Shown: positions 36,630 to 48,567 of the stretch, in pieces
Position numbering within the stretch: the first letter of the stretch is position 1
Layout of the letters: every line of letters starts with the position of its first letter
Virus record (IMG/VR): IMGVR_UViG_3300036937_000041
Span: 1-64,000 of that record
Strand: one strand, 5' to 3'
Length of the DNA: 64,000 bases
DNA from: a virus
Notes under the pieces: generated by a model
What the model saw: the letters and a program-made list of their open reading frames with translations, nothing else
Database searches by the model: none
What the model was told of the DNA's origin: nothing
Made by a program: the position numbers and the translations under genes

Positions 36630-39600
36630 GCAGATACTCCTCTACTCGTTTACGCACCACCGGATCAGAATCGAATGCATGTATGTAGCGCAGCAGCGCA
36701 TGGGCGTCGGCCATGCACACGCGTTTGCTCCAGTCAAGAGCGTCCGCGCGCGATCTGATGCCCGCCCCCTGGTGGGGGCACGAGGGGCCGACAACCGGGT
36801 GCACCCACTCCTGCGCCTTAACACTAAAGTTCAGTTTCGTGCCACAATGAGGGCAGGCGGGCAATCTCCACTCGGGTATGTTATTCGAGTATGGATCGTC
36901 TGCCTTTTTTACCTCTTCCATAGTCAACTCCTATTAAGGTGATCAATATAACTAAAAAGACCAGAAAGGAGATCAGGATGCCCCTGACCTCCCACGGTAT
37001 ATATGGGTCGAATAAGACGATCAGCCCAAGGCATGCCCAGACCACAACCAGGTAGATGATGATCGTCGCCTGGACTACCAAGCTTACCCGCGGCTTATCT
37101 ATTGACATTTTACCCTACTCCACACGGTTCTCCGCAGGCAACGCGGGCAGTCTGCGATCGTCAGGGCCTCGTTGTTAACCAGTCTAAAATATACATTGAG
37201 ATTATGCTGACAGTTAGAACATTTCGAGTTGACCAGCAGCTCAGCGGGTCCAACCTCTTCGGGGGTGATGTGCGTCCACGATCTGTGCTCTTCAGCGGGA
37301 GTGTGGTCAAGTTGTGTGGGTAGAAGTACCCCAGGCGTATACGGACCATATTCGCCCAGCCATTCGTCGACCGCCCGTGGGAAGTTGTCTTTCAATATTT
37401 TTTTATCCACATAAATTCTTTTCCCACATTTCACACATTCGAGTAGCGAATCACCACGCCACACGCTGCTGGACAAGCTAATAATCTTCCACTGCTTATG
37501 ACGGCAAAAGATATTTTTTAGGAAGGGGAGCAACCGCCGTAGCGCACTCGGTGCATATCGTTTCAGGTCAGCGTTGTCTATGCTGATCATACGCCATCCA
37601 ATGTGGCCAGGCATTTCAGAGCGCAGCACCGCAGGTCGACGTCGGTCCACCGATGCTCATCGAGCTCAATCACATAATTGAGATCCTGCTTGGACAACCG
37701 CAGGCCCTGGTCGGCCGTCAGACCGGCCAGCACCGCGGCAAACACTTTATCGACCTCGGGGATGGCCACCGCCGCACCCTTGGGGTACGCGGCGCCAGCG
37801 GACAGGACCAGCACATCCCCATCACGATCGGCCACAAAGTAAGTGGGTGCCTCCTGATCGTAGCCGCGGCTCCTCCACCCAGCACACAGGTCATACAATT
37901 TCTTTTGATCTTCGGTCATCTGCTCTCCTTTGCACACGTAAATCATTATACGCGATAATTAACGCCCGGGGATCCGCACATTTGATCTGTTGATTATCTT
38001 TTCCAAACGATCCTGATAACATTCCCGACAGAGTAACTTTGCGTTTCTGTAATTGACCAGGTCAGCCGGGTAGTTCCAGCAATGGCAGTCGTCGCAGCGT
38101 AGACGGCCAGCCCCGTCCTTTGCCCGCTCGGTCATTCTAACTCCCGATCCGATAAGAGTTTGTTGGTACGGACAATCTCCTCCGTGCTGATCTCGCCCAT
38201 TACCGATATGTTCATCTTAAATGCGTGATTGCGAACACCGCAAACGGGACATATCCAATGCGTTGGGACTATTTTCTGTAATGATTCCATTTTGAATAAC
38301 CTCTTTATCGTCCGGTGACACTCTGCACATTCAAAATCAACTTCAAGGGGTCTCTCCAACGCCAAGATCGGGAGCCCAGCCATGTCTTCTCGCTCGGTCA
38401 TTTCCCCTCCTTGCGAATCTTCTTGAGTGCTTTACACGCAGCATAATACGACCAATATACCTCAGAAATCGAAGTAGGAAACGGATTCGGATAGGAATGG
38501 CCGCCCAAATTGAACACAAGCCATCCACGTCCGTCACTGGTTATACCCCGAACCCAAGCCTTTGCCACTCGCGTGGTCACTCGGTTGATAACCCAACAAG
38601 GATTACCGATGTCGTAATCAATAAACTTCTCAGCCATTGCTCCCCTCCTCAACGGTTCCGGTGTCAATGAATTCATCTTCCCATTCATAATAAACGTTCG
38701 GATTGTGATCGCTCCAGATCGAGACAGCGGCGGCCTGAGCGCATACGGGAATTGGTTTGCCACACTGGTCACAGCAGTAGCTTCCCTTCGTTTCCCCTCG
38801 AACGTATTTGAGGTGCTCGCCCGGATAAGGATCGGCGAGCACACCGCTTTCCAGCCGAATTAGCCCCAGCGTTTTCTTCCACCGCTCAAGGCAATCAAGG
38901 CAAACGATTTCACGCTTCATTGCTCCCCTCCTTCACCTTGTCGACCTCAGGGAGATCATAGAACAGATAATCACATTCCGCGCGGTATCCCTTTCGTGTC
39001 TGTTCGGTCCAATAGACATCGAACTTGGCTGCCAGTACAAGGGCATGGAGACGCCCGGCCAGAATCATCGCCTCCCGATAATGCCCGTCAGGATACTTTT
39101 CCCGGTGCTCTGAGATGAGCTGCTCAACTCGTTTCGACAGCCCTTCCCGGTCAAGCTCGGCTCCGGCTTTTCGCAGCTTCTTAGATTCTTCAAGTGCTTG
39201 TATGCTCATTTCTTCTCTCCAATCTTGTTTACGACCTGCCGGACGAGGTCGAGAAGGGCGGCTTCGCGGGAGTCGCCAGATGCTTGCCCCCAGATAGGCC
39301 ACGCCCCACAACTACCGTCTGAAGCATAGACGATATATTCGTGTCCTCCCGGTGAAAAGTGGGACCACTGGAGACTCAAATCCTTACCGCTTGAGTTCCT
39401 GCGCTGTCTCGCGTTCTACATGGTCTGGTTTTATGTCACTCATCTTCCTTCTCCTCTCGGTCGTCCGAGTTCTGTCTCCTTCAATCGGTTGAGAAAAGCC
39501 TCTATTCGGTTATTCATCTGCGATTCTTTGTAGCTCGGTGAGTCGCGATAAACTTCCGTTATTTGTCCAAGCAACTCGACAGCCTCATCGAAGTTGTTTG

Positions 39601-42600
39601 TGGCGAAGGCCGCAATATCAAGATTGTATATAGGATCGCCATTGGAATCCTGTAGCGCCGTATAGCTAATATCGTCATCACAAGCCTCCATACACTCCCA
39701 GCCGACGCTGACCGGCAGTTTATATTCATCTCCGATCTTCATTCCTCATCCTTGAACCACGAGTTAGCTGTTGAATCCCACCACAAGCTGTCGTGGGCGT
39801 CTGGCTGTGCGCGTTTTAACTCAAGCCAGTGCTGAACCAGGTCGATCTTATCCGATGTCAAAGCCCCCGGCCGCCATTGAATCTCCACCCCGTTCCACGA
39901 TGCTGATTCCCAGTACGTTGAAGGCTTTTGATGGTGTTTCTGCCACGCCTGATATGAAATGTTACCAATAAGCGACGCGAGTACAAAACAGATCAACCAA
40001 ACAAGAATCATCTTTTTCATTGCCCCTCCTCCTTCAATCGGTTGAGGAAATCATATACCGCGTTACAGCAGTCTATGGAATCAATCTTATCCTTGATCGC
40101 ATCCAACAACCCCACAGCCTCGTCGAAGTTGTTGATGGCGCGACAAATAGCATTGCCATCTTGAGGATCAATGTCAGCAATGAATCGCCCCTGAGCATCA
40201 AGAAGCTTAAACGATCCATCGGGATACTCCAAAGTAGACAAGGGAAGTCTGGTGTCCCATTTGATACTCATTTCTCCTCCTTGCCAATGGCGCGATTATA
40301 GCAATACATACAGACATAGAAACCGCCGTCCCCTTCGCATCCTGCACAGCAAGACCATCCTGTCCCATCACAGTCTTCACACGGGACCCAATCCATTTCT
40401 CCCCCGCACTTAGGACAGTTCATCGGGAGCCTCCTCGCAGCTCGCCTCAGATATTTTTTGCCTGACGGCCTTGAGTGTTTGAACCCTTGCCCCGTTCATC
40501 AAACGCCGCACCTCGTCATCAACTCGGTGTGATCTGATAAACTCGATCTCGTCATTGATAATCTGAATCGCCTTGGTCTTTGTAATGATATTTGTCTTTA
40601 CGTTCATTTCGCCTCCAGTATGGCGATAAGTGCCTTCAAGGCGGCCTTGAGACGGCTATCGGCGTGAATGTGAGTTGTAACCGAACTGCCGATCTTCTTG
40701 ACTGTCATGCGATACAGACCGTCATATTCCTTTGATCCGCCCAGTTGAGATTCGTACCCCCGTTCCTCGATCTCGTTGAGGACGGTGTCCAAGTCGGGGA
40801 TACCGACAAAATTGTAATCAATATCCCGCATTTCAGCACTCATGTTTTTCATGATTTGGCGAAATGTTCGGCCCCAATAACCACGGCCGGGACCCAACAT
40901 TGGTTCTATTTTCATGATATCAATTTCTCTAAGGTGCACAATAGTTCCGGGCATTAAAACATTTGCGGTTCCACTCTCGAAATCCGGGGCAGTAAAGTAT
41001 CCTTCTCGACAGATATCTTGCAGCCAGCCGGCCTCTTTCCGCTTGAGGCAGAGGTCATAGAGTTCTCGGTCAATGTTCATCGGTATCCTCTTTCTGCACG
41101 CCTTTTAGAATCACTATGTTGGGTTCCGTCTGGCCGGGGGTGGCGATAGCGGCGGCTACCCCGTCCGGCATATCCATAACCATGAGCCTTATCGTCTGGC
41201 CACATACTGTGATGGTCTCGATGTTCATCTTAGTCTATTATACGCATAGAAGTTAGTCGCCCTTCTTCATTTCCTCGGCCGCCCGCTGGCCCGCCATTGC
41301 CATTAGTATTTCGCTCTGCCGTGTCTGCCAAGCTTGTGCCCGCGCAAGCTCATCGGCGAACAGCTGCTCATCCTCGTCGAGCACCCGACCTTCTTGGGCC
41401 ATCCGACACGATGGCCCCGGCGGAAGATCACCGGCAAGCTGTGACAGTACCTTATTTTGAATCCGAAGATAGCGGATGATCAACGCCGTCCGTTTTATGG
41501 CCCGGCGCTCACGTCTCTTCGAATCGTAGAACATTATAGACGCAAAAACAAGCAGCAGCGCTATGGTAATAAACTTCTCGATCATTGATGTCCACCTCTC
41601 TTTAACTCGGTTCGTATTTGTCCGAGCAGCGGGGCCACAAACTCGTCAACGGCGGGCTTAAGCCGCAGGGCAAACTCCTTATCGACGGTAAACACCTGAC
41701 ATACTCGGAGCATGCTCTTCTTGTCGAGAGGACACACGTGCCCAACACGCGGACCAGGATCGTCCACCCGACTACTGCTCATCTTTTTCCTCAAAACCGT
41801 CGCAAGACTGAAGCCATACTGGGTCGAAGTTGACCGGCCAGATAAACCAACCACGTTTGACCCCAGTAGGATGGCCAACGATATTCAGCTTCTTTGCATT
41901 CTCAGATAAGCCGAGCCCGATCCTCCCCACACCGGCCAGAATACCGAACACCTGGGCCATTGGATTGTCGAGCAGGTCGGCGTTTATCGGGTGCTTACAT
42001 TGACTGTGGGCATTGCCCGGCAGCGTACCACGATATTTACAGTTATAGCAGTTCGGCCGACTACTATCGTCCACGATCTTCCCCTCGATCATACGCCGAC
42101 AGGTCAAACGTGTGTCCGTTCCCCTGACGGTCATGCCAGCAGAGGAGGATAGTCGTGTCACACCCACGGGCTGGCCGGGCGCCGGGGAGCAGCGTGTCCA
42201 CGGAAAAGCTTACCCGACTGTACTTCCAAAGTTCGAGCGGGCTGCCGTCCAATATGTATTTAAGATCGTCGTAGTCCAACTTTCTGGAAAGCATGTCGGC
42301 AAATATGAGGGCCGTACTATCGGACACGCGATTCTGCTCTGTAGAAATGGAGTTGAACGCCAGGGCGGCCGCGTGATCGTCAACCAGATAATGCCGTTCA
42401 TCCTCATGCAAGTAATAGAAGTCGTTGAAGCTCGTAGTCGCCCAGAACTTGACGGTATAGCAGATGTTCGCGGTCGCCAGCTCGTTGGGCACCGTCCACG
42501 AACAGTTGTAAAAGATGTCGATGGTCGACAGCGTATCGGCCGCCGCGTCCGACTGCGCTACTCTAATCGGATCTTGCTCGGCACATGAGATCATGGCCAA

Positions 42601-44337
42601 GCAGAACAGCCCGACGATTATCAACCGCAGTCGCATACCCTACTCTCCTTTCGGAACACCCGGGTAGGTGCTCCAATGATAATGGTGAACGACAGGGGTC
42701 GTCGGCCGCTCGTGCCGAACTATATGGCCGAAGAATATCGACCAGAAAAACAGGCCGCAAAGCAAGTACCTCATACTCTGATCTCCTTTACTCTGTTAAG
42801 ATATGTCTCTATTTGTCTGCACAAAACGGCGCCCGCGGTCGCGCGCGCACGCTCAAGCAACTCCGTGGTCACCTTTGAGTGGTACCCGATCATCAGGGTA
42901 AATATCATATCGGCGGTCATGCTGGTCAGCAGCTCCAGGGTAAGCTCCACGTCCAGCTTCCGCCTGTTCATATCCCGTTTAAACTCATATGCGAGGAAAA
43001 TATTGCGCAACAACTCGATAGCCCACTGATGATCACTGTGCCGAGCAAGATCTTCGCACACCACCCCATAGTCCCCACGAATATGCAGCTTAACATCTGT
43101 GCCCAAAACATGTAGGCATACCCTGCCCTCATCTTCGAGGGGAAGGATCTCGATGGTGATCTCCGGAGTCCAGGATATTCTCATCTTACCTCCTGGACGG
43201 TCTTGCACACAGCACACCGGTGAACGCGCATCCGCGGCTGGCCGACCAGACGGCGAGTGCACTCGTGTACCTCTCCCCACATATGGCGACCGCGGGCGCA
43301 CAACCGCTTGCGGCTGCGCCGACGACACTTGGAGGCCCCCGGTTTTCTCATCGCCGGGCGCCCATGATCAAGTTCACGCATCAGCTTGGTCAGCTTGTCC
43401 ACTATCTGCCTCCTTTAGAAAAACATCATCCGGTACTTCATAAACACATCCGACATTGGCTGCCCGTGCCTCAACAAACTCAACATCAAAATCTGTATAA
43501 AATTCAACAGATTTAATCGAATCACAATCTATTTTCAGCGCATGAGCACACCAACAGCGGACAATCCTCTCCAGTGATACACTGCCGAGCCTAATCTTCA
43601 TCGTCTGCTCCACTCTATAAAGTTGTCCACCTGGTCGGTCTCGGCCAAATATTGTACAGCCAATCTCCCTGAAGTCCTGCGGGCCAGCCAGCGCATCCGC
43701 CGCTTAGTCTGCGCATCCGGCTGGGGAAGCTTGGCCAACAGCTTGCGGTACTCCCGCACATCATCTATCAACGTCAAGATAAGCCGAATAATAGGCATTT
43801 GTACACGCTTCCTTTATCTTCTCAAAGTTAGGCCACAGGCGCTCGAACTCGATCTTACGCTCTCTGACGTCCTCGGCGGCAAGCTGGGTAAACCCGGGAA
43901 AAGGATGATCCTGGGAGATGATCAGGCGCGGCCGCTTGCGCTTGCCCATGCTGCCCAACAGATCATGCCGCTCATACTCTACGGTGATCGCCACCGGCTT
44001 GCCCGCCCGATCGTCAACGATATCGATTATCTCGACCATCAACTCCGGTCTATCATCTGTACCGCGGCGTAGCCACCCGGTGAACAACAGCCGTTCTCTT
44101 ACTTGATTATCCATATCTTATTATACGCTATTAGTCGACGATTATTTGATCGACCGGCGGATCTTGTTGGATGATCACCCGTAATATCGCCCCACAGTAC
44201 CAACAAGGGCGATCGTGGGCCTCCGCGTCGGTCACCAGATGGTCCAGTGATATCTCCTGGCCCCGATGGCAATCAGGACATTCAAACGAGTAGAGAAAGC
44301 GCAGCTGGGCGGCCGATACGGTTATCTTGGCCATCAT
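36598..44337 (-). other. Dense cluster of about 25 small accessory genes (many CxxC Zn-ribbon, TM or lipoprotein)
   Basis: Tightly overlapping short ORFs with SD sites, e.g. 36881-37108 (TM), 37099-37590, 37587-37919, 37959-38135, 38132-38401, 38398-38637, 38630-38920, 38910-39209, 39440-39742, 39739-40020, 40017-40271, 40268-40423, 40410-40607, 40604-41080, 41253-41585, 41772-42092, 42771-43184, 43761-44114. Confidence 0.65.
42064..42636 (-). CDS. Putative lipoprotein
   Basis: MRLRLIIVGLFCLAMISC lipobox-like signal. Confidence 0.6.
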   Translation of the reverse strand: MRLRLIIVGLFCLAMISCAEQDPIRVAQSDAAADTLSTIDIFYNCSWTVPNELATANICYTVKFWATTSFNDFYYLHEDERHYLVDDHAAALAFNSISTEQNRVSDSTALIFADMLSRKLDYDDLKYILDGSPLELWKYSRVSFSVDTLLPGARPARGCDTTILLCWHDRQGNGHTFDLSAYDRGEDRGR

Positions 44338-44723
44338 CGTTCTCCTTTTAGTTTGTTGGTCAGCGTGTTTCTGGATATATGAAGCCAGCGGGAGGCCGCC
44401 GACCTGCTCTTGAAATAGTCGACGGTGCGCACGATCATCCGATAGCCCACCAGGGACAGAAGTTGATTGTACTTGATGCCCTGGGCCATCGCCTGCTCAA
44501 CCAGCTCATCGGCAAGCTGCTCCACGGTCTTGTCCACCCGGGGCCGCCGAGCCGGAGTGTAGGCCAGCGACTTATGGTGCCCGCGCCCACGATCATCGTC
44601 GGTCCGACGCCCATGGGCGGCCAGCGAATGGCGCTCCAGATCGTACTCGGTGGTAAACCCGTCAAGGTCACAAATAGGGCACTTATATGCTTGTAATTTC
44701 GATACCATTGAAATATTTCGCAA
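44334..44723 (-). CDS. C2H2 Zn finger plus Fis-type HTH protein
   Basis: CPIC...H...H; SRSAASRWLHISRNTLTNKL. Confidence 0.7.
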   Translation of the reverse strand: MRNISMVSKLQAYKCPICDLDGFTTEYDLERHSLAAHGRRTDDDRGRGHHKSLAYTPARRPRVDKTVEQLADELVEQAMAQGIKYNQLLSLVGYRMIVRTVDYFKSRSAASRWLHISRNTLTNKLKGER

Positions 44724-44736
44724 TTTAATGACCGGG

Positions 44737-45318
44737 TTAAACGTTTCCCCGCAGAACAGCGGTCCACTGGTCTGCCATTGCCCGTGCTATACCGGGAAAG
44801 GTCTTTGACCTCAGTAATGATCTTTCTGGCGATGGAGCCATTTTAAACACTCTTTGCTCTCTGCCCGGGACAACGTTTGTCGGAATCAGCTTAGGAAGAC
44901 CGCGCAGCCACAGACAGGTCGCCTTGGTCTCCCCGTGGCCGAACATCCATGGTTGAACAATCTGATTGGGCTTGCGCCATTTTGTTGACATAATACTGAT
45001 AGGATTTTCAATCGCCACCCTCTCACACTTACAGTCGGCAAAGCACATAAAGAAGTCAATCGCATCCTGCTGTCGACCATCCGCCCGCTTTTCAGCAAAC
45101 CAACGAGCACCACTAACACTCAAGTGTGTGCAGGGCGGAAACGCGATAATCATATCCCAGTGTTGATCCAATAGCGGTAGTACATCTTGCTGTAGATGCC
45201 ACTCCGGGTGTCCGCCCGAACAGGGAAGTATATCACAACTATATGCTTCGATTCCCAAACGCCGAAACTCAATGGTTACCGCCTGCGATTCCTCACAAGC
45301 GACTAATATCTTTTCCAC
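44737..45318 (-). CDS. DNA cytosine-C5 methyltransferase-like protein
   Basis: ILVACEES, AFPPCTHL, IENP, RSKTF.GIA.AMA.QW. Confidence 0.8.
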   Translation of the reverse strand: MEKILVACEESQAVTIEFRRLGIEAYSCDILPCSGGHPEWHLQQDVLPLLDQHWDMIIAFPPCTHLSVSGARWFAEKRADGRQQDAIDFFMCFADCKCERVAIENPISIMSTKWRKPNQIVQPWMFGHGETKATCLWLRGLPKLIPTNVVPGREQRVFKMAPSPERSLLRSKTFPGIARAMADQWTAVLRGNV

Positions 45319-45541
45319 AGCGAATCTGTATCTCCGTCTTGAACAACAAATCAAATCCATCTTCCATATGTCTGCCGAACACGCTGGCAACCTTCCACAA
45401 CTGCCATCTCGACCACCCATCAACCTCCTCTACCGTGCACCCTTGTGCGCGGGCCAACCGACGCCCCCTGGCGGTCAGTCTAATCCACACATCATGGTTG
45501 ACGTTGAACGTCCAATCAGCAGCAGAATCTTCTAATCTCAT
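45293..45541 (-). CDS. Hypothetical protein
   Basis: FN.N..V..RLT..G, QLW....FG motif; follows promoter motif. Confidence 0.6.
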   Translation of the reverse strand: MRLEDSAADWTFNVNHDVWIRLTARGRRLARAQGCTVEEVDGWSRWQLWKVASVFGRHMEDGFDLLFKTEIQIRCGKDISRL

Positions 45542-45557
45542 ACTACCCATTATACGC

Positions 45558-46256
45558 CTAAAGCAATCCTTTTACCGAGGTGCGGCGTCTGATCAGCTGT
45601 AGATAATCTGGATTAAGCTCGATAAGAACCCATCGTCTGCGCAGCTGCTCGGCCACCCGCCCGGTCGTCCCGCTCCCACCAAACGGGTCGAGAACAATGT
45701 GGCCCGCAGATGATGATTTCTCAATCGGGATGGCCGCGCTCGCTATCGGTTTTCTCGTCAGATGCACATCGGTGTTTTCTCTTACAATATCCCAACAATT
45801 TGTAATCCTCTTCCCGTTCAGCAAATGTCTTCCCTTCGTCGCCCAGGCGATAAACTCCGTAATATTTCCATAGTCCCCTTCCAGATCACCAGATGTATGA
45901 TTGTTCTTCCGAAGAACGATAAGCCTTTTTGGCGTAAATCCTACCGATTGATATTCTTTCCTAAAATCAGAAGCCCCATAGTCGTTACAACAAGAGTAGA
46001 TGGCACCACCATCGGCGAGCACCCGAAATGACTGGACAAGAAATGGGGCCAGCCACTCAAACCCTGCGTCCCCGGCAATATAGTCATGGGAAACGGATCG
46101 CATATTAGACTTGTACATCATTCCATACGGCGGATCCGTGCACACCAGGTCGATCGAGCTGTCGGGGATACCGCGCATGATCTCCAGACAATCCCCGTGG
46201 TAGATGACCCCCGAGTCATCTTGATAATATGGTTCAGGCAAGTTGCCCCGCGACAT
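45558..46256 (-). CDS. N4/N6 DNA methyltransferase (beta class)
   Basis: GDCLE, TDPPY, H.T.KP, VLDPFGGSGTT. Confidence 0.9.
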   Translation of the reverse strand: MSRGNLPEPYYQDDSGVIYHGDCLEIMRGIPDSSIDLVCTDPPYGMMYKSNMRSVSHDYIAGDAGFEWLAPFLVQSFRVLADGGAIYSCCNDYGASDFRKEYQSVGFTPKRLIVLRKNNHTSGDLEGDYGNITEFIAWATKGRHLLNGKRITNCWDIVRENTDVHLTRKPIASAAIPIEKSSSAGHIVLDPFGGSGTTGRVAEQLRRRWVLIELNPDYLQLIRRRTSVKGLL

Positions 46257-46650
46257 ACCGATAGTCCTCTCTGTGCTGCACAAGCCAGGTCAGCACATCC
46301 ATATCCTGATATTCTTTACACTTCTGTTCTACTTTAGAGTAATCCCATAGGTCTACGCCCCATGTTTTATACTGGACGAGCGTCCGCCGCACATTATCCG
46401 GGATCTCCAGCGTGGGGCCGAGCACATGCGCGTCCAGCTTGGCCAGCTCGATAGTATGCGCATCTACCTCGGCCAACCTGGCGGCCAAGCTGGCCACCAA
46501 ATCGGATGATATTAGTACATAATCGGGAAGCCCCTCGATAACCTGGACCAGCTGTGGGTCCACCACCGCGGCCGCGGCGGCCCGCAGCGCCCGGTCAAGC
46601 TCTTGTCTGGTCTTCAACCCGAGATCCCGGCAGCTTCGGCTGCCTGACAA
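46234..46650 (-). CDS. Hypothetical protein
   Basis: ORF between TerS candidate and MTase; start uncertain. Confidence 0.5.
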   Translation of the reverse strand: MSGSRSCRDLGLKTRQELDRALRAAAAAVVDPQLVQVIEGLPDYVLISSDLVASLAARLAEVDAHTIELAKLDAHVLGPTLEIPDNVRRTLVQYKTWGVDLWDYSKVEQKCKEYQDMDVLTWLVQHREDYRYVAGQLA

Positions 46651-47503
46651 TCGTTCCCCGCTGATCTACAGGCGCATCATCCTGGATGAGCATCTGCATA
46701 CTCTTATTAATAGGGAAGTACACCCGGCGATGAAATTCGGCGACAACCTTGCTATACTGCGAGCGCGATAGGGTTTCGCCCAACAGCTTGAACAATGAGC
46801 TGACAAACAGCTTGAGGCTCTGCGTGTCCAGCAACAGCCGCTCGGTCATAATCTGCTGCCGCGCGCGCTTCACCCGGGCGAGCGCCACCGTCGTATCCCG
46901 GATCTCCGCGGCCGCCACGTACTCCAGGTTGAGCAGATGCTTGAGCACCAGGTTAAGCGAATGAATCTCGATCTCCACGTCGCCCAACCGCGGGTCGTCG
47001 AGCACGTACGGCGCGATGTCAAACAGCTCCTTCATCTCCAGCGCGAGACCCTGAGCCGAATATCCGGCGAGCACGTTCAACGGGCTCCGCTGAGAGCGTA
47101 TTTGCTCATGATATCTACAATACCCATAGCCCACATGGTTGGTCGCCCGACCGGCGGGCGCCAGACACCTGAGCTTCAACCCCTGTTTGCTGCGCAACAT
47201 CCCGCATATCCGTCGATCCCGTAGGTAAGGACGAGACCCGGGGATCAGCGGATCAAAGTCAGGGTTTTCCCGCAACGAATATATCTCGTGCTCGGACACT
47301 ATCTCGCACAAGGTCGATAGATGGTCATGCTCATACGCGTTGATCGGCCTGTCCGACTGACTCAGCTCGTCCATAACCGTGTCCAGCAGCCGCGCCCTAT
47401 CCGGGGGGCTCAGCATCGACCGACCGCGCTCCAGATCTCGCGCACGCTTTTGCTTTATCTGCGCGATCAACCGGTCCAGCTTAGTCTTGCGCTTGCTCAT
47501 CAA
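46595..47503 (-). CDS. Candidate terminase small subunit (HGGxSTG-like Zn module)
   Basis: CG......C..PAG.AT.H.GYG.CRYH followed by a helical region. Confidence 0.45.
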   Translation of the reverse strand: MMSKRKTKLDRLIAQIKQKRARDLERGRSMLSPPDRARLLDTVMDELSQSDRPINAYEHDHLSTLCEIVSEHEIYSLRENPDFDPLIPGSRPYLRDRRICGMLRSKQGLKLRCLAPAGRATNHVGYGYCRYHEQIRSQRSPLNVLAGYSAQGLALEMKELFDIAPYVLDDPRLGDVEIEIHSLNLVLKHLLNLEYVAAAEIRDTTVALARVKRARQQIMTERLLLDTQSLKLFVSSLFKLLGETLSRSQYSKVVAEFHRRVYFPINKSMQMLIQDDAPVDQRGTIVRQPKLPGSRVEDQTRA

Positions 47504-47896
47504 AGTAGTCCAGTAGTTCTCTCACCGTTGAAAAAGATTTGTATCGTCCTTCCGCTATCTCCGCATCGGCCTCACGCTCCCCGGCCATCCAACGATCATC
47601 CACCCACCCACGCTGGATCCTCTACATCAGTCGCATGATACACGAACAGCTGTTGAGTTAGATCAGCATCGGGTACCGGGGCTATCACGTAGGTTAACAC
47701 CGATCGCCTCCCCTCCACCGGGTAACCGTCGCATCCGCTTCATATCGAAGCAGATCACCCTTCCGGATCGTATCCGCCTTCGAGCATGGAAGTATACATA
47801 TATTTTTAGTCCGGCGGATCCTCGCAAATCTAGTGAAGGCTTGACCCGCCGCACCGGCACCTACTTCTTTGGACACGTATTATCTTCCGCCATCAG

Positions 47897-48226
47897 TCAT
47901 TTATTACCCTTCGGATCCTGCGCCTCGGCGACCACCTGCTCCAGCACCGTCCGAAGCTTCTGCAGCTCGTCAATCCTGGTCTCAGCATCATGCAGTGCTT
48001 CGTCGTCCACACTCGACCTGGCCATGATCTTCAGGCCGATAATCCTGCTGCTGATCGCGGCCATGATATACTCCCTGTCCGTAATTTCCATATCTTGCTC
48101 CTTCTCCGCAGGTGGAAAATAAATGTTTTCGATTGCCTGTAGGTCAGCATCTGCCTTGCGAGCGGATTCTACTGCTATTGGTCGCATCATCGACAGGCAT
48201 AAAATACATATAATTGATATTATCAT
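47897..48226 (-). CDS. Hypothetical protein
   Basis: 109 aa ORF. Confidence 0.5.
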   Translation of the reverse strand: MIISIICILCLSMMRPIAVESARKADADLQAIENIYFPPAEKEQDMEITDREYIMAAISSRIIGLKIMARSSVDDEALHDAETRIDELQKLRTVLEQVVAEAQDPKGNK

Positions 48227-48567
48227 TTCTTATCCCTGATCAGTAGATCGGCCTCATATTCACGCATTATAGAAAGAAGTTCCTCCCCCTTCAGTGTAAG
48301 CCAGGAACAACGAATTGAAGAACCATGCTCAATAGCATCTGTACGATCTAATGTTGTGGCAAGCAAGTAAAATACCGCATCACCACCAAGACCCTCGTGC
48401 TTGCCCCAGTTCTCCTGTTTTTCAAAATGTTCAAGACCAGCCTTTAACAGCGGAAAAATAGAACACGGATCTCCACATCCGCATACACCAATTTCCTCAA
48501 AAAACCATATCCTAAACTTCTCACGTGCAGCCTGTAAACTATATTTATAATCTGAATTGGTCATCAT
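48223..48567 (-). CDS. Hypothetical protein
   Basis: CGCGDP and EHGSSI..SWLT.KG phage motif. Confidence 0.6.
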   Translation of the reverse strand: MMTNSDYKYSLQAAREKFRIWFFEEIGVCGCGDPCSIFPLLKAGLEHFEKQENWGKHEGLGGDAVFYLLATTLDRTDAIEHGSSIRCSWLTLKGEELLSIMREYEADLLIRDKK

